Shown one piece after another: positions 1-13,522 of a stretch of DNA of 64,000 nt (positions are counted from its first letter, which is position 1; each line of letters begins with the position of its first letter). The stretch is from Magallana gigas (Eukaryota). Made by a program: the position numbers and the translations under genes. The stretch is taken from contig NC_088861.1 in the NCBI RefSeq assembly GCF_963853765.1, positions 13,950,001 through 14,014,000 on the forward strand, written 5' to 3'. The notes beneath the pieces were generated by a model. That model was given only the letters and a program-made list of their open reading frames with translations, was not told where the DNA came from and did not search any database.

Positions 1-1102
1 TTTTTAGCCTAAATTTTCAAACAAATTTTCGTCGAGGATTTTTCAGCAACTTCTAATTGCAGATGCTTGAAGTTTTAAGACACTATTTGTTTAGGCGTGC
101 CATATAGTAGGGTATTTTTTTTAACAATCGGACGTCAACTTCCTGTAAAATGACGATTTTTTTTAATTTTTAGCCTAAATTTTCAATCAAACCGTCAAAG
201 ATTTCTCCGCAACTATTTATCTCCTATGCATTAAAGTTTTAATATACTATTTTTTAAAACAATTTTTTTGTCAAAGATTTCTCAGCAACTATTTATTGCA
301 GTTGCTTGGAATTTTAACACACTATTTGTTTTTGCATTCCAGATAGTATGATATATTTTTGAACCAATTAGACGTCAACTTCTTGTTAAATGACTACTTT
401 GTTTATTTTAAGCCTAAATTTTCAAACAAAGTTTCGTCAAAGGTTTCTCAGCAACTATTTATCGCACATGCTTTAAGGTTTAACACACTATTTGTTTATG
501 CATGCAATATTTTGGGATGTATTTTTGTACCAATCGGACATCAATTTCCTGTTATAGGACAACAAAAAATTTCCAAAAAAAATCGTCAAAGATTTTCCAA
601 AAACTACTTATCGCAGATGCTTGAAAGTTAAACATACTATTTGTTTAGGCATGCCATATAATAGAATATATTTTTTAACTAATCGGACGTCAACTTCCTG
701 TTAAATAACGACTTTTTTAATTTTTAACTCTAATTTTCAAACAAAAATTCGTCAAAGTTTTCTCAGCAACTATTTATCGCAGATGCTTGAAGTTTTAACG
801 CACTATTTGTTTAGGCATGCCACATTGTGGGATATATATTTGTACTAATCAGACATCAACTCCCTGTTAAATGACGACTTTGATGATTTTTAGTCAAAAT
901 TTTCGTAAACGATTTCTCAGCAACTATTTATTGCAGATGCTTTAAGTTTTAATGGACTATTTGTTTAGCATGCCATATTGTGGATTATATTTTGTTTAAT
1001 AGTTGGACGCCAACTTTCTGTTAAATGTCGACTTTGCTTAATTGCATATTCACATAGGACTGGAATATCACTAATGAGCATTTGCTCAAAGATATTTTGT
1101 TT
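1..1102 (+). mobile_element. 3' part of a Helentron-associated non-autonomous (HINE-like) element carrying a ~166-bp satellite-like array
   Basis: About 6 degenerate tandem units. The marker GAC(G/A)TCAAC/T recurs near 131, 371, 537, 686, 852 and 1006. The array ends in a terminal box ATCACTAATGAGCA-TT-TGCTCAAAGATATTTTGTT containing a short hairpin (1075-1088). It resembles, from memory, oyster Cg170-like arrays carried by HINEs. Runs off the window start. Confidence 0.7.
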
Positions 1103-4100
1103 AGTCTATGGTTGCGTATTTAAATTCACTTCATCTCTTCGCTTGTTTCCTAGAATTGCATGACCCATTAAACAACAGTTGACCTGACACCATGCTTTAT
1201 GCATGTTTATCATTTTAGCAATAGTACACACTGGACTTGATCCTGTACCGGTAAAAAACTGATCTTAAGGATAAATTCTCTCCAAGTGGACCCTTCAACA
1301 TAAAAACGAAGAGAACACAAAATCGACTCTACACTAGAGACCATACCAAAGTTGTCTTGTAATGAAGCACAAATCGAAGGAATAAAAATGGGAAATGAAA
1401 ATGTACTAATTAAAGAAAAACAATTAGTGAACATAAAAGTCAAAGACAAGGGGTTGAAAATGATTTTGATTCATTCAATACAGTAAAAAGTGTTGAGTAG
1501 CACAAACTGCACATGTTTCTCTTATATAAGCAATGCATGTAATTAATTTAACTCATACATTTTAAATTTGCGTAAAATAGGAATCACAATTGCCAATCAA
1601 GTTTCCTATTATTTAGTTTGAATAAGGGTTGTAGTACTGATTACGAAATCAATCTCCTGGTTTTATAAGAACATATACAGAGGTATTTTTATCCTGAGAT
1701 AGGGACAATTTTGTTTGATTATTACTATGAATTTCATTTCAAAATGCATAATTTTTACTTCAAAGGTATTCGTCAAAATAACATGCATGTGAATTGTGAA
1801 ATGAGATATTTTTAGTGAGTGGGTAGAAAAAATTAAGACAAGCCAATGATACAGCAATTACTTTTTATCAGTTATAAAAAAAAAAGGCGAACCATTTTAA
1901 CCAGAATTACATTGTAGTCATATGTACTTGTATCTGGTTTATTTCCACCATCCGCTAAGTTGATTAGTTTCAACTACTAGTAAAAGGAATAATCTATGCA
2001 TATAGGAATTTTGTTTTCATTTAGAATATTTTTTTTTATTTCTTTATTTTTTTCTTTTTGGTAGATGTTTTAAGAAGCTACCAATATATACACTTCCTGT
2101 GCACGTACGTCCTAGTTTATGCTACATGTCCATGTTATTTTTATTGTAGATAAGAAAATGTTAATTTTGATAGCAGTAAAGGAATCTGTTAAAGTCGATT
2201 GTTTTATACAACGGAATAAAGTTCTGCCATTCTTAGGAACCTAATATCACTTTTGTTAATTCAATTAAAGAGTCTTGTCAGTTTCCAAATAAATTAAGAT
2301 TATAGACTGTGATACAATAAACTCATTCTTTGTTTTTCTTCTTACAACTTTTGAAAAAAATATAATTTTCGCTATTCTTCCTATGATAATATAAGATTGA
2401 TATTTATTGCATGGAAGGTGGATTTGACATTATCAGAATGGTACTAGAATTAGACTAGCATGAATAACAATGCTATGTGATCACGCTTCTACCATAGTCC
2501 TTTCTATTCTAAATGGTACAACTATACTATACACTATGGTTTCAACAAGAAACCACGCCCATATAAGTACAGAAGACTTTAAATCAATGCTTGACAACTT
2601 AACGTGTTGAAAGTCATTGTCCTAGTTATACATTGTAGCACATAACATTTTACCTTACACGTCACGTTATATAAGTTTTATTCACAAAGTTGAGAAATCA
2701 CGAGGTGAATTATGATATTCAACATGTATCAACCTTTAGTTACAACAGAGAAAGAGAAAGTAAACTGAAAAAGTTTTTTTTACTTATTTAAACCATGAAC
2801 ACATGTTTGTCAATTGTTTACAAAACTTAAAAAGTGCAAATATACAACTACTGTTAAACGGAGAACAATAGACATACATGCGCTGACTATGTATGAAGTC
2901 ATGCAGTAAAAAAGTGTGCGTGTGTGTGTGTGGGAGGGTCTCATTATCGTATGGAGATTCAAGAAATCGTGATGACCTCCGCCTATGAAAACATGTTTGT
3001 ACTTGGCAACAACATACTTTTATCTAACGAAAATACGTAAAGTTGCAGTTTAGATGTTGACCATTTCTGCAATTGTAAGAAAAAAAAATATGTTAATAGT
3101 CTATTTTTTTTTTTTGAAATAGTGCATGTCCTTAAGTGCAGTCATCATTTGAAATATTTAGAATCAACACTGCAGTATAATATTCTAACCTCGTGTTACT
3201 TTTGCTTATCTCATTTGCAAGCATGTCCCTTCATTTAAATATAACCTGATAATTTTGTATTCAAAATTTTAATAGATTTTCTTTACCCTTAATCAGAACA
3301 AATGAAACCAAATTAAAACATATTGAAAATTTGCCGTAAAAAGATCTTTACAATTACTTGGTAGGCAAGGAAAACCAAAGGCACACTACAACCTGTAAAT
3401 ACATGTACATGCTTTGTAACGAACATCAAAATCAATCATTCTCTGGTAAACCACTCTATATTGAGTGCAAAAGCGCTCGTAAATGAACTTTATTTAACAA
3501 GTCTCTGAGTAAATGAAATTAACTATCAGAAACTAACAAAGTTAAATACGCAAGGATAAAAAACTGTGAAAATACATACAAAATTATTTTTTCGACTGTC
3601 GCAGTTTACCTCCCTTTATTTTTTTCATAATGTCACATGGAGCTATCTATTCAAAAATAAGGTTAAAGATAGTAGGGGTTATATCAAAAATAAGTAATTA
3701 AAATGTTTATCACCCCAGTGATATAGAAGTTATACCATAAACATCTTTTTTTGATAATTTGATGTTTGGAGGCAAAATTTTCGGAATTTTTTCGACGGTT
3801 TCTTGACTGGAAAACATAGAGCGCATGTCTGCGCAAGTACTATTTTAAACTATGATGTATATTATCACGTTGCAGGAAGTAGCCATTTGATGTAAACAGC
3901 TACTGGACATTGATGACGTATCAAGACTTATGTGATATATATCCTCTGTGTACTGTTTTAAAAAGATTTGATTGTTTTTTTATCAATAACGCAAATGACT
4001 TACTGATGCAGCGCAAGCGCAGTATTTATACGAAATACAGATAACATGAAAAATAAAATGTCATTTATTTAATATTTAGTAGTATGGAAATTCTTTGAAT

Positions 4101-4872
4101 ACTATGCGGTCATAATTATGATCGGGGCGAAATCAAATCTATTGACAAAAATTGATATTCAAAGAATTATTCCCTTTCCCTTAAATCATTTGCAACAATT
4201 TGATTTAATATATTTCCTCACTTTGATTACAGTGTTTTCTTTATTATATGTTTGTGTATATATTAATTAAAAAATTAAGAAATTAAGAGTTTCGTGAATG
4301 TTGCCGAATAAACTCCGAGAGGAAATACTCAGCGTTATGACCAAAACTAGGATGTGAATTCAACGTCGTTTTCAAAAATACGTTTTGAAGCTATTTTCTT
4401 AAGTTACATCCCTATAGAAGAAATAGAATGCTTTTTTTTTTGGTGATCCATGCAAGTTATGGTAGCAATCAATGCCATAGAAAAAAAGTAGATTATATAA
4501 CCAGCTAAAGCAGTTATGTATTTTTACTGCAATTTCGCTACCTTTATATTCCGAATGAATCACCTAAAAGCATTTGGTCATTTTAATAGTGTTTTTGATT
4601 TGAATAAATTTCACAGGAAACACTTAAAATTTCCGAGAGTGATTCATTGACTTCTGTACCTTAGTATACTAGAGGAATTGGGGTAAAATTGACTAATTTA
4701 CTTTTTCAACTTTGGACCTAATAATGATCAATTAAAACCTTTATACTGTACAAAGTTAAAGCAGTGAGTGTTACAAACTGTTAGTTTCAAAATAGTTCAA
4801 ATTATATTTCAATTGTATATATTATGCCTATAAGGAAATTAATATGCTTTTGCTTTTTATTTTAAGCGTTGC

Positions 4873-6509
4873 ATGAAGTTTTGTTGTTAATATCTCTTTG
4901 TATTATTTCATCATATTTTAAGCGATGATTTATATCTTTTAACAGATGTATCAAAGCAAACTGTTCTTGTAAAACATCAATGTAATGTATATGTAATGCA
5001 AATTCGTAGTGGAAACGCGAAAATATATACTGTACAAATGTATTTTCATCAAAATTGATTTTTAATTTAAGTATCATATACTTTCTATGATTTTTTCTAG
5101 GAATATAAATATTTGTTGTTTTGGATTTAACTGGAATGACATTATTGTAAATTGAACAGGCATTAATATGATATCATGTTTTAAAAACATATGTTTGCTA
5201 TTTATATGAAAGCTTATCATACCTTATATGATATTTTCTTAGTGGATCAATGTGTTGTACTGGATCTATCTGGAATGATACCATAGGAGACTGTACAGAT
5301 ACATGTTCTACATGAAATGTTTTCTGGAAACAATGGACGTTATGAGATTTAACAATTGTGCTACATCATAATCGTAATTTGTTTTCATGTTACATGTGCA
5401 AAATTTTCAAAAATAGATTCTTTGGAGATAACTGCTCTACAAAGTATCCTGCAATGTATTTTGGTCCAGGCTGTTTATTACAGTGTAATTGTATCACAGA
5501 ACAATGTCACCACGTTATCGGATGTTTGCAATCTTCTTCTAAAGGTGCATGGTGAACTCTCTTAACTGTTCCACTTGCTATATACGAATACATTTTAAGA
5601 ATGTTTATGTCATGCATGAAATTTTACACAACCTATCATAAAAACATAATGAATACAAATGAAAACAATATTGACAAAACGATGCATGTCCCCTGCAACA
5701 CCCTAAATTTTAAAACAATTCTTGTTGTTTAATGGGCTAAATATGTATGGAAAAAATCGGAGCTAGATTCTTAATGGACGAATCCGACTAGCTTAAAACA
5801 TTTTGCATTATTTTTGGGCTCATTCGGGTTCCTTTGGAAAGATCAACGCATCGCCGTAGCACATTTCCGATCATGTTTGTATATACGTAAATACCTGTAA
5901 ATTAAAAGTAAATGAATTTAAACTTTATATGCACACCATTATGAAGTTGCACAGGAAGTTTGAAATCAATTCGTTATAACATAACAAAACATGACTGACA
6001 TATTGCTATTAAAACTATAAATTCACCCACCCACCCTCACCACTTCCGGTTTCACTGTTAGAGGACTTAAAATAAACTCTTATTGTGTCAGTTTAGTACA
6101 TTTAAAAACATCAGTGTTTTACAAATATATTAATATTTCTAGCCGGTGAAGACACGCTTCTTACCGCCACAAAATGTCGAAAATGTATCAACAGATAAAT
6201 CTTCATCATCTAAAGTATCAACTTAGATTGCAACTACTGAAACTTATTGCGAGACAGGATCAGTAAGAATTATTATATATACATTTGGCTGTTTCGCGTG
6301 ACCTAACAACTATCACCATTTTCACAGATAGTTACATATGCACTAAGAAGAAAACAAAACATAGGGATTATTCGTCATAATGGTTCGACAACTATTATAG
6401 TGTTAATAGTGTAATGATTGTCGTAGCTGTTTCAAAATTGGTTTTAATTTTGTATAGTAAAAAAACCAATTGTACCGCGGAGTTTGCGAAACAATTAGCT
6501 GATCTATGA
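4873..6509 (+). pseudogene. Subfamily D EGF-like receptor pseudogene, copy D1
   Basis: Signal exon from ATG 4873 is frameshifted and its donor is deleted. Exon 5243-~5299 encodes GSMCCTGSIWNDTIGDCT but is followed by AT instead of GT. The EGF exon ends at 5544 (FFGDNCSTKYPAMYFGPGCLLQCNCITEQCHHVIGC) and has lost its acceptor. A decayed stalk exon lies at ~6143-6260. Terminal exon 6328-6509 reads DSYICTKKKTKHRDYSS*WFDNYYSVNSVMIVVAVSKLVLILYSKKTNCTAEFAKQLADL*, TM-like with one internal stop. Confidence 0.75.
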
Positions 6510-7690
6510 AAATACATATGTTAAAGAATAAAATTAAATTCATTATTTCACTGCCATAATAAAATTATGTTTCTTTTAAACATTTTTGACAGTTTTAATC
6601 GTTGTTTTTCTGAGAGTGATTCATTGAAATAACTTTCGTTCCTTAGTATACTAGAGGAATCGGGGTAAACATGACTAATTTACTTTTTCAACTTTGGACC
6701 TAATAATGATCAATTAAAACCTTTATAGTGTACAAAGTCTAAACCAGTGTTACAAACTGTAATTTTCAAAATAGTTCATATTTGTATATATTATGCCTAT
6801 AAGGAAATTAATGTGCTTTTGCTTTTTTTTTATTTTAAAGAGACAGTACAGCTGAAAACATATGTGTCAGTAATTTCAGATTTACCTATTGTATAGTTAG
6901 GAAATAAGAAATAACGTGTATTGTAATAGTTGTCATACATGAAAATCCCTTTCACATACTTAATTAACATAATTATGAGCTTCCGGAAATTCAAGGGTCG
7001 TACAAACCGGAATAATCTTATATCGTTTATTTGTATCATGTGGACTTTGATTGACAGTAATTGACACGTGCTGGAAACTACAAGATCTTCGTCCCACTAC
7101 GGTCATCAAGGAAAAAGAGGTTAAGGCGATTCTCTAAATGAAACACATCCTTACTTACTCGATGATTCATAAACGGTTTACCAATTTAGGTTCATTTTAA
7201 AATGAATAGACATAAATATGTCAAATAACCCCTCAAGGGGCCTCATTTATAAAAATAAATTTAGGTTGTAGAACTCCTATGATAAACATGAAAAATACAT
7301 GCTTACAAAATAATAATTGTGGTTATTTTAAAAACTTTGAACAGTTATATATGAGAAGTAGAAAAGACATATTTTCATCAACAAACCTGTCCAGGAGATT
7401 CTTCGCGAGCCCTGCATGTGTTTTGTTTACAGTGAATACGCATGCGTAATAGTATAGAAGGCTGAACCCCGAACACGTTGCAATGTATTTATGTGATAGG
7501 TTATACGTAATTATTAATTTCAATGAAACAATTAGATTTATTGCATGGAGAACTTTGTAATTTTCTGAAAGTTTTTACATTCATGAGTAGTACAAAACTA
7601 CCAAACCCGATCGGAAAAATTTTTCAAGTCAGTTTTTTGATAACATGTGCCGTACTGTCTCTTTAAGTGTTGCATTCGATATATCTGGCA

Positions 7691-8380
7691 ATAAAAGTTT
7701 TCTTGTTAATTTCTTTTTGTATTGTTTCATCATATTCTAAGCGATGTGGCAGGTATGATTTGTTTTATATCTTTTAACAGATGTATCAAAACAGACTGTT
7801 CTTGTAAGACATTAATGTAATGTATATGTAATGCAAATTCGTAGTGGAAACGCGAAAATATTTACTATACAAATGATTGCCCATCAAAATTGATTTTTAA
7901 TTAAAGTATTATATACTTTCTGTGATATTTTCTACGAAAAAAAATAGTTGTTGTTTTGGATATAACTGGAATGACATCATTGTAAATTGAACAGGCATTA
8001 ATATGATATCATGTTTTGAAAACATATGTGTGATATTTATATGAAAGCTTATCATACCTTATATGATATTTTCTTAGTGGATCAAGGTGTTGTACTGGAT
8101 CTATCTGGAATGATACCATAGGAGACTGTACAGATACATGTTCTACATGAAATGTTTTCTGGAAACAATGGACGTTTTAAAATTTAACAATTGTGCTTCA
8201 TCATGATTGTAATTTTTTCTTTATGTTACATGCGCAAAGTTTGCAAAAATAGATTCTTTGGAGATAACTGCTCTACAAAGTGTCCTGCAATGTATTTTGA
8301 TCCTGGCTGTTTATAACAGTGTAATTGTATCACAGATCAATGTCACCACGTTATCGGATGTTTGCAATCTTCTTCTAAAG
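7691..8380 (+). pseudogene. Subfamily D EGF-like receptor pseudogene, copy D2 (local duplicate of D1 exons 1-3)
   Basis: Exon 7691-7752 reads (ATA for ATG)KVFLLISFCIVSSYSKRCG with a GTATG donor. Exon 8078-8133 reads SGSRCCTGSIWNDTIGDCT with the same AT donor lesion as D1. Exon 8240-8380 reads CKNRFFGDNCSTKCPAMYFDPGCL*QCNCITDQCHHVIGC, with an in-frame TAA. Confidence 0.78.
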
Positions 8381-10078
8381 GTGCATGGTGAACTCTCTTA
8401 ACTGTTTTACTTGCTATAAACAAATGTATTTTAAGTATATTTATGTCATGACATGAAATTTTACACAACATATCATAACAACCTAATGAATATCACGTTG
8501 TTTGTTCATTACATTGAAAATCCAATCACAAGACACTTTTGTAAATAACATGATTACTTACTCAACATGTATTGCAAGAAAAGGAAAATTTTCTTTATTA
8601 TGTGAATTTTGGTTCTAAAAATACTTAAATGCAAAGAATCACCAATACCTTAACTAAACAGTTAATCTTTTTTTTTTTTTTTAATAAAATGTTTAACCAC
8701 ACGCTCTCTCTAGGCAAGGCTGCGTTGCATAAACAAAGCATCAAACTAAACTAGACTTTCGTAATCGATGCCGCCACAGAAACGCACAGCTACTTTTTTT
8801 AACCGACCGTTATCTTGTGGCCAGTGATGGGCATATTCAATAACCATCTTAAATTTGTTTCAAAGTTTTAAGCAAGTCGTTGATGTGTATGAAAAGGAAA
8901 CTTTAATAAGGAGTGATTTATTTGGTTAATTTTATAGGAATAAAAATATTTTACTTTACGTTTAATCGCCGCCGAGGTGACAGTTTCTTGTGGATTTTAC
9001 GAACCTATGCCTAGATGCTACTCATTTTGTGCAATTTTAAAAGGTAACACTAGCATTATTAAATCTAGGTGTTGTTTTTTTTTTTTTTAATTTCCAACAA
9101 GACATTTTGTATTAAGCTGTCTTTATTGATTTAATTTGAATTTGCCACATTGAGTCGAGAGTCGTTAACATGCATATCTGCTTGCGATTAATGTCGAAAT
9201 CACACTTATACATGTATAATCATTACGTTTGAAAGGTTTTACGTTTAGCTGGACCATGTAAAAAAGAAAAAAAAAACTACTAAATGATGGTACAATAACG
9301 ACTTAACAACATTTCGGAATTTTGCAGATTAGATCTAAGTTAATTTCTTGGGCGCTTTCTTTGCTTTCAACATTTAGTTTTAATGTGTGCTCAAGTTCCT
9401 GACTACTCTGATCGAGTTCGGTTTCAAACGTTTCTGCTTTTACTTTAATTAATATGGTATGTTAATACTGCTTCAGCAATTTTCCTATTTGCTCAACTTT
9501 AATATTAGGATACAGCAGGAAAAGACGAATTTACCCACAGAAAACCAAATGGTTAGCAAACTAATATGTCTTGTTTTTCGTTATACAACGTAACTTCAAA
9601 TCATGTTATTTCCCATATAAATGTTTAAGGTTTCAAATTGATTCGTTTTAATAAAGTGCTGGTTTCTTTCTATTGCGCTGAGACGCTATGGAATTTTCTT
9701 CAATTGATTGGAAAGGAATGGGAAGTATGCAACAACTTTAGCAAACTTGAAATGTACCTGTAATTGATAGGATTGTTTACAAATATAACATTTTTTAGAT
9801 CGAGTGATTTTATCAATTCTGGCGCCAGTAATTTGCATAATTTGTTCCCCCAAATATGCTTGTCTTATTAGATAGGCAGTAATCTTGTCAGCTGATTCCG
9901 GTATAAAACTCAAAATGTTCAGGAAAGCGTATCATTGACATCAACTTTGACGATCTATGTAGAAAAGGAAGTGAACAGGACGTATGAAAAACTTGAAAAT
10001 AAATGATAGAAAGTAGTTATTCACTTGATAACGTGTTGCAGGAAATTAGCTTGTTATTTTCTTGTCACGAACGAAACT

Positions 10079-11629
10079 ATGAAGTCATCTCCATTGGTAG
10101 TGAAAGTAGTGCAGTTGATTTTCTTGTGTATTGATACCTTACATGCAAATCTCTGCAGGTGAGAAATATTAATTTTTTTTAAATTTTAAATTGTGATTGA
10201 AAAAAGTGTTACTGGATAAATGCATGCATGAACATATATCAACATACATGCCAGCACTTTTTATTTTTGTATATCAGTACGGGAGGAATAGTTGAGTGCT
10301 GTCCTGGATATTTCTGGAACAAAATAGAAAATAGATGCATAGGTCAGTTTAATGCAATATTTTGAACATATCATTTCAAGCCCAAGTTCCAAATGTTGTT
10401 TTTAAACAAATGAACATAAAAATCATGCATCTTTCCTCGTGTAAATATCAATCTAAATAATCAGGATGCCTTGCTGGTACATTTGGACCACGTTGTGATA
10501 TGCCATGTCCGTACCCACAATACGGACACAACTGCTTGTCAAAATGTTCCTGCACGAAGGATCATTGTGATCCCGCTGACGGTTGTCCCGGTAAGTGACG
10601 TCTATGATAAGTATAATAAGTATGTCAATGACTTTTTGAAAATTTTAATAATTTTACCAAGAATCATAAAACAGTATTAAACCAGCGAGATCTAAATGAA
10701 ATACTGCTTTATTATTTTTAGATTGGACTAATAATTCAACAACGTTTCCACAGACCACACACATTTTAATATCTTCTGTGAAGATGAAAAATGGTATGCA
10801 TTATTTTTGTTGTTGTTGTTGTTATTTTGAAATATTTATCACAGAAATATAATTTAAAAAGAGTAATGACACAATCAAATAAAAATTAAAACGAATATAT
10901 TCCACATTGTTTGACATAATCAGTACCTTTACCATTGCAACAATACATCTGAATTATCGTATACACTGTACATAGATTTGGACTGTCAAAAAAACGGCAA
11001 TAAAATTAACACAAACATGTGTTTTAAATTTCACTTTATGAAGTTTGATTCATGATTCGTTTTGATTAAGTTTGTAATGTAAGCTAAAAATTTATAAACA
11101 TCCTTGTTTCTAGATAAAATATACCCACTTAGTGGGAGGCACTTGTGATCACCTGCAAAACAGTCCACGATTTTCCTGTTATTACATGTGTAAATATATC
11201 AAGTGTTTTGTTATTAGTGGAAATTGTATTCCTTTTATAGTTCGTATCACACCTTATCACTGTTTTTTAAAAAGAAATTTCATTCATATTAATCAAAATA
11301 TGATCCGCTTTTAAATATTGAGTTCCTTGGGTAAATATAGCATGTATCATTTGAAAATGTTCATTTATTTTCTTATAGATCTTGATTCAATTACAAAAGA
11401 TGTATCGACTCAGTTCATCCACCATAATGATACTCACACCTGTCAAGGAATCAAAAAACAGAAGCATGGGAGCGCTCCTCTTTTCCGGAACACGCTTACG
11501 GCGATTATCAGTCTCTTTTCTCTGGCTGTATTAATGTGTATTTTAAACACAGGATTAGTTTGTTACAAATCAAAGAACACACGTAATGGCCCATTATCAA
11601 AAAACATCATTTGTTATAATTCAGTATGA
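10079..11629 (+). CDS. Gene A1: small type I membrane protein (CCPGY module, EGF-like, stalk, TM, ITIM-like tail), Nimrod/Draper/MEGF10-like; ~197 aa
   Basis: Exons 10079-10158, 10278-10342, 10465-10590, 10722-10793 and 11379-11629 are all GT-AG and total 594 nt in an open frame. Protein: MKSSPLVVKVVQLIFLCIDTLHANLCSTGGIVECCPGYFWNKIENRCIGCLAGTFGPRCDMPCPYPQYGHNCLSKCSCTKDHCDPADGCPDWTNNSTT...TLTAIISLFSLAVLMCILNTGLVCYKSKNTRNGPLSKNIICYNSV*. The model requires skipping the frameshifted exon-like segment at 11114-11187. Confidence 0.8.
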
Positions 11630-12451
11630 TTGTAGTCATTGTTGATTAATCAATATTGTAAAGATCGAAATTGTCTATATTTAATTTGTATATCCAATTT
11701 GAAGCTTTTTGCCTCAAATAAACATTAGTACATGGGTATCTTTTTTGTTCAAGAAACCGGCGTTAATCAAATGAATTTGTGAAAATGGAATAAGATTTCT
11801 TTTTCCTATTTTGTTTACACATGTTCTATGTGAAGTTTTGTTTTACATGTACATGCTTTTCTGAACATCATAAACATAGGCATAACTCTACATGTACATG
11901 CACACAAGAACCATAGATATCGCTAATTTATCATATAAACAGATTTTTTGAGAATGCATTAAGATAATATAATAATGATTGCATAATCTTCTGACTATCC
12001 TAAAAATGTATAATCGCCTGCGCGCATTTAAACATGTATATTTGTACGCTCCTTCCGATTTTAAAAAATAAAATTGTTTTTAAATGATTTTTCATGTAAG
12101 CTTAGCATTTAAACAACATGCGTTCATTGACATGATTTGTCTTGATATAAACTTTAATAACATTTTCATTCATTTGGACCAAAATAAATTGATCGACTTG
12201 ACAATCGACTTAAGTAAGCATTACAAAAAATATATTTTTAAAGAGGATTAATTTTTATATTTACATTTTCCAGTGTCTTTGCCTTTGATAACACTATGTA
12301 TTGATTTTGTACTACATGTATATAACCCAAAAGTCAATTGACGCCAAATTTAGGCGCCAGCCAAGTTTGCTTATTTATATTCAAATATTTAATCGTACGA
12401 TGGCTTAAAATTATATAAATATAAGTAATGAGAAATCATTCCTTAAATATT

Positions 12452-12550
12452 ATGAGGTGATAATTTCGGTCGGGGCGTGATCGCATCTAGCATAGACCCC
12501 TTCGGGCTTTATTGGATTTGATCATGCCCTGACCAATTATATCGCCTCAT
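12452..12550. repeat. Imperfect long palindrome centred on CCC-TTC-GGG; likely terminus of a non-autonomous DNA element
   Basis: Arms ATGAGGTGATA..GGTCGGGGCGTGATC and GATCATGCCCTGACC..TATCGCCTCAT. A degraded relative lies at ~4085-4190. Confidence 0.6.
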
Positions 12551-13522
12551 GTTACTATCTCAACGTTTGCCCTGTTGTGTTCATAGTGTACAACATTCGC
12601 TAATTTTTACAGCATTTTGAATAATTTCAGTTGTTTGTAGACAGTGTATACTGTACTTTTTTCGTGAAGTTCAAAGATTAGTGAACAGTCATGTAATGCT
12701 ATAATAATTATGCTTATTTTGAAGAATGAAAGCAACCAACGCAATTGGTATGTTTAAGCGTAGGTTGTCAACGTTAGCTGAAACAAATGTGGACAGTTAA
12801 TTAGATTTCTTTAAAGATTTCAAAATTGAACAAAAAGTATTTTCTCTAAACAAAAAAAAGTTATAACAAATCACGGAACAGTCGAGGTATATAATTACAC
12901 GGAAGTGAAAAAAAGCGTTTTATTTATGTTGTAGACCAATTATGTTTTGAGTAGGCTAATTGTTGGGAATTATTAATTTCTAAAAAGGGTTGTTTTGTTG
13001 ATATTTCGTAAATACGCTACACATAATAACAATGGCGTGTGGTGTAGAATATATATTACAATGTTGCAATTTCTTTCTTTCTTTTTTTTTTTTTTGGGGG
13101 GGGGGGGGTGTTATTTATTGGTTAATATGGGGCGCCCACGAAAACCCTTCAAATGTATGTATCCGTAAGCCATCCATTAGCAATAAATGATTAAAAATCC
13201 CCTTGATTTGGAATTTAAAAAATCCCAAAAATAAGTAAAAAATTAACGTAAAACAATAAACTTATTTTGAGATAAAATACGACAAATTATATACATAATT
13301 AATCGATTCAATTTTCTTACAAGTCATTATTTCCTAAAGTTTTGGTTTTCTAAAAATTAAGTGAAAACGAGGAAAAATATCGTGTGTTTCTGAAATTAAT
13401 AGCCTTAAGTGTTTCCAGTTTGAACGTGCCATGAACATGTTAGTGCACTATATTTGGAATGTTATAATAAGGAAAGAATAAAATATTTGTTCCATATAAT
13501 TGATAGTCAATTTTTGCAAACA

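Noticed and set aside
10471-10680. Listed ORFs 10471-10680, 21353-21691 and 59538-59747
   Set aside because: They are out-of-frame readings across the real EGF exons. The Cys-rich spliced frame is the conserved one.
11618-11629. Class I PDZ-binding motif at the A1 C-terminus
   Set aside because: The terminal residues are N-S-V, so position -2 is Asn rather than Ser/Thr.
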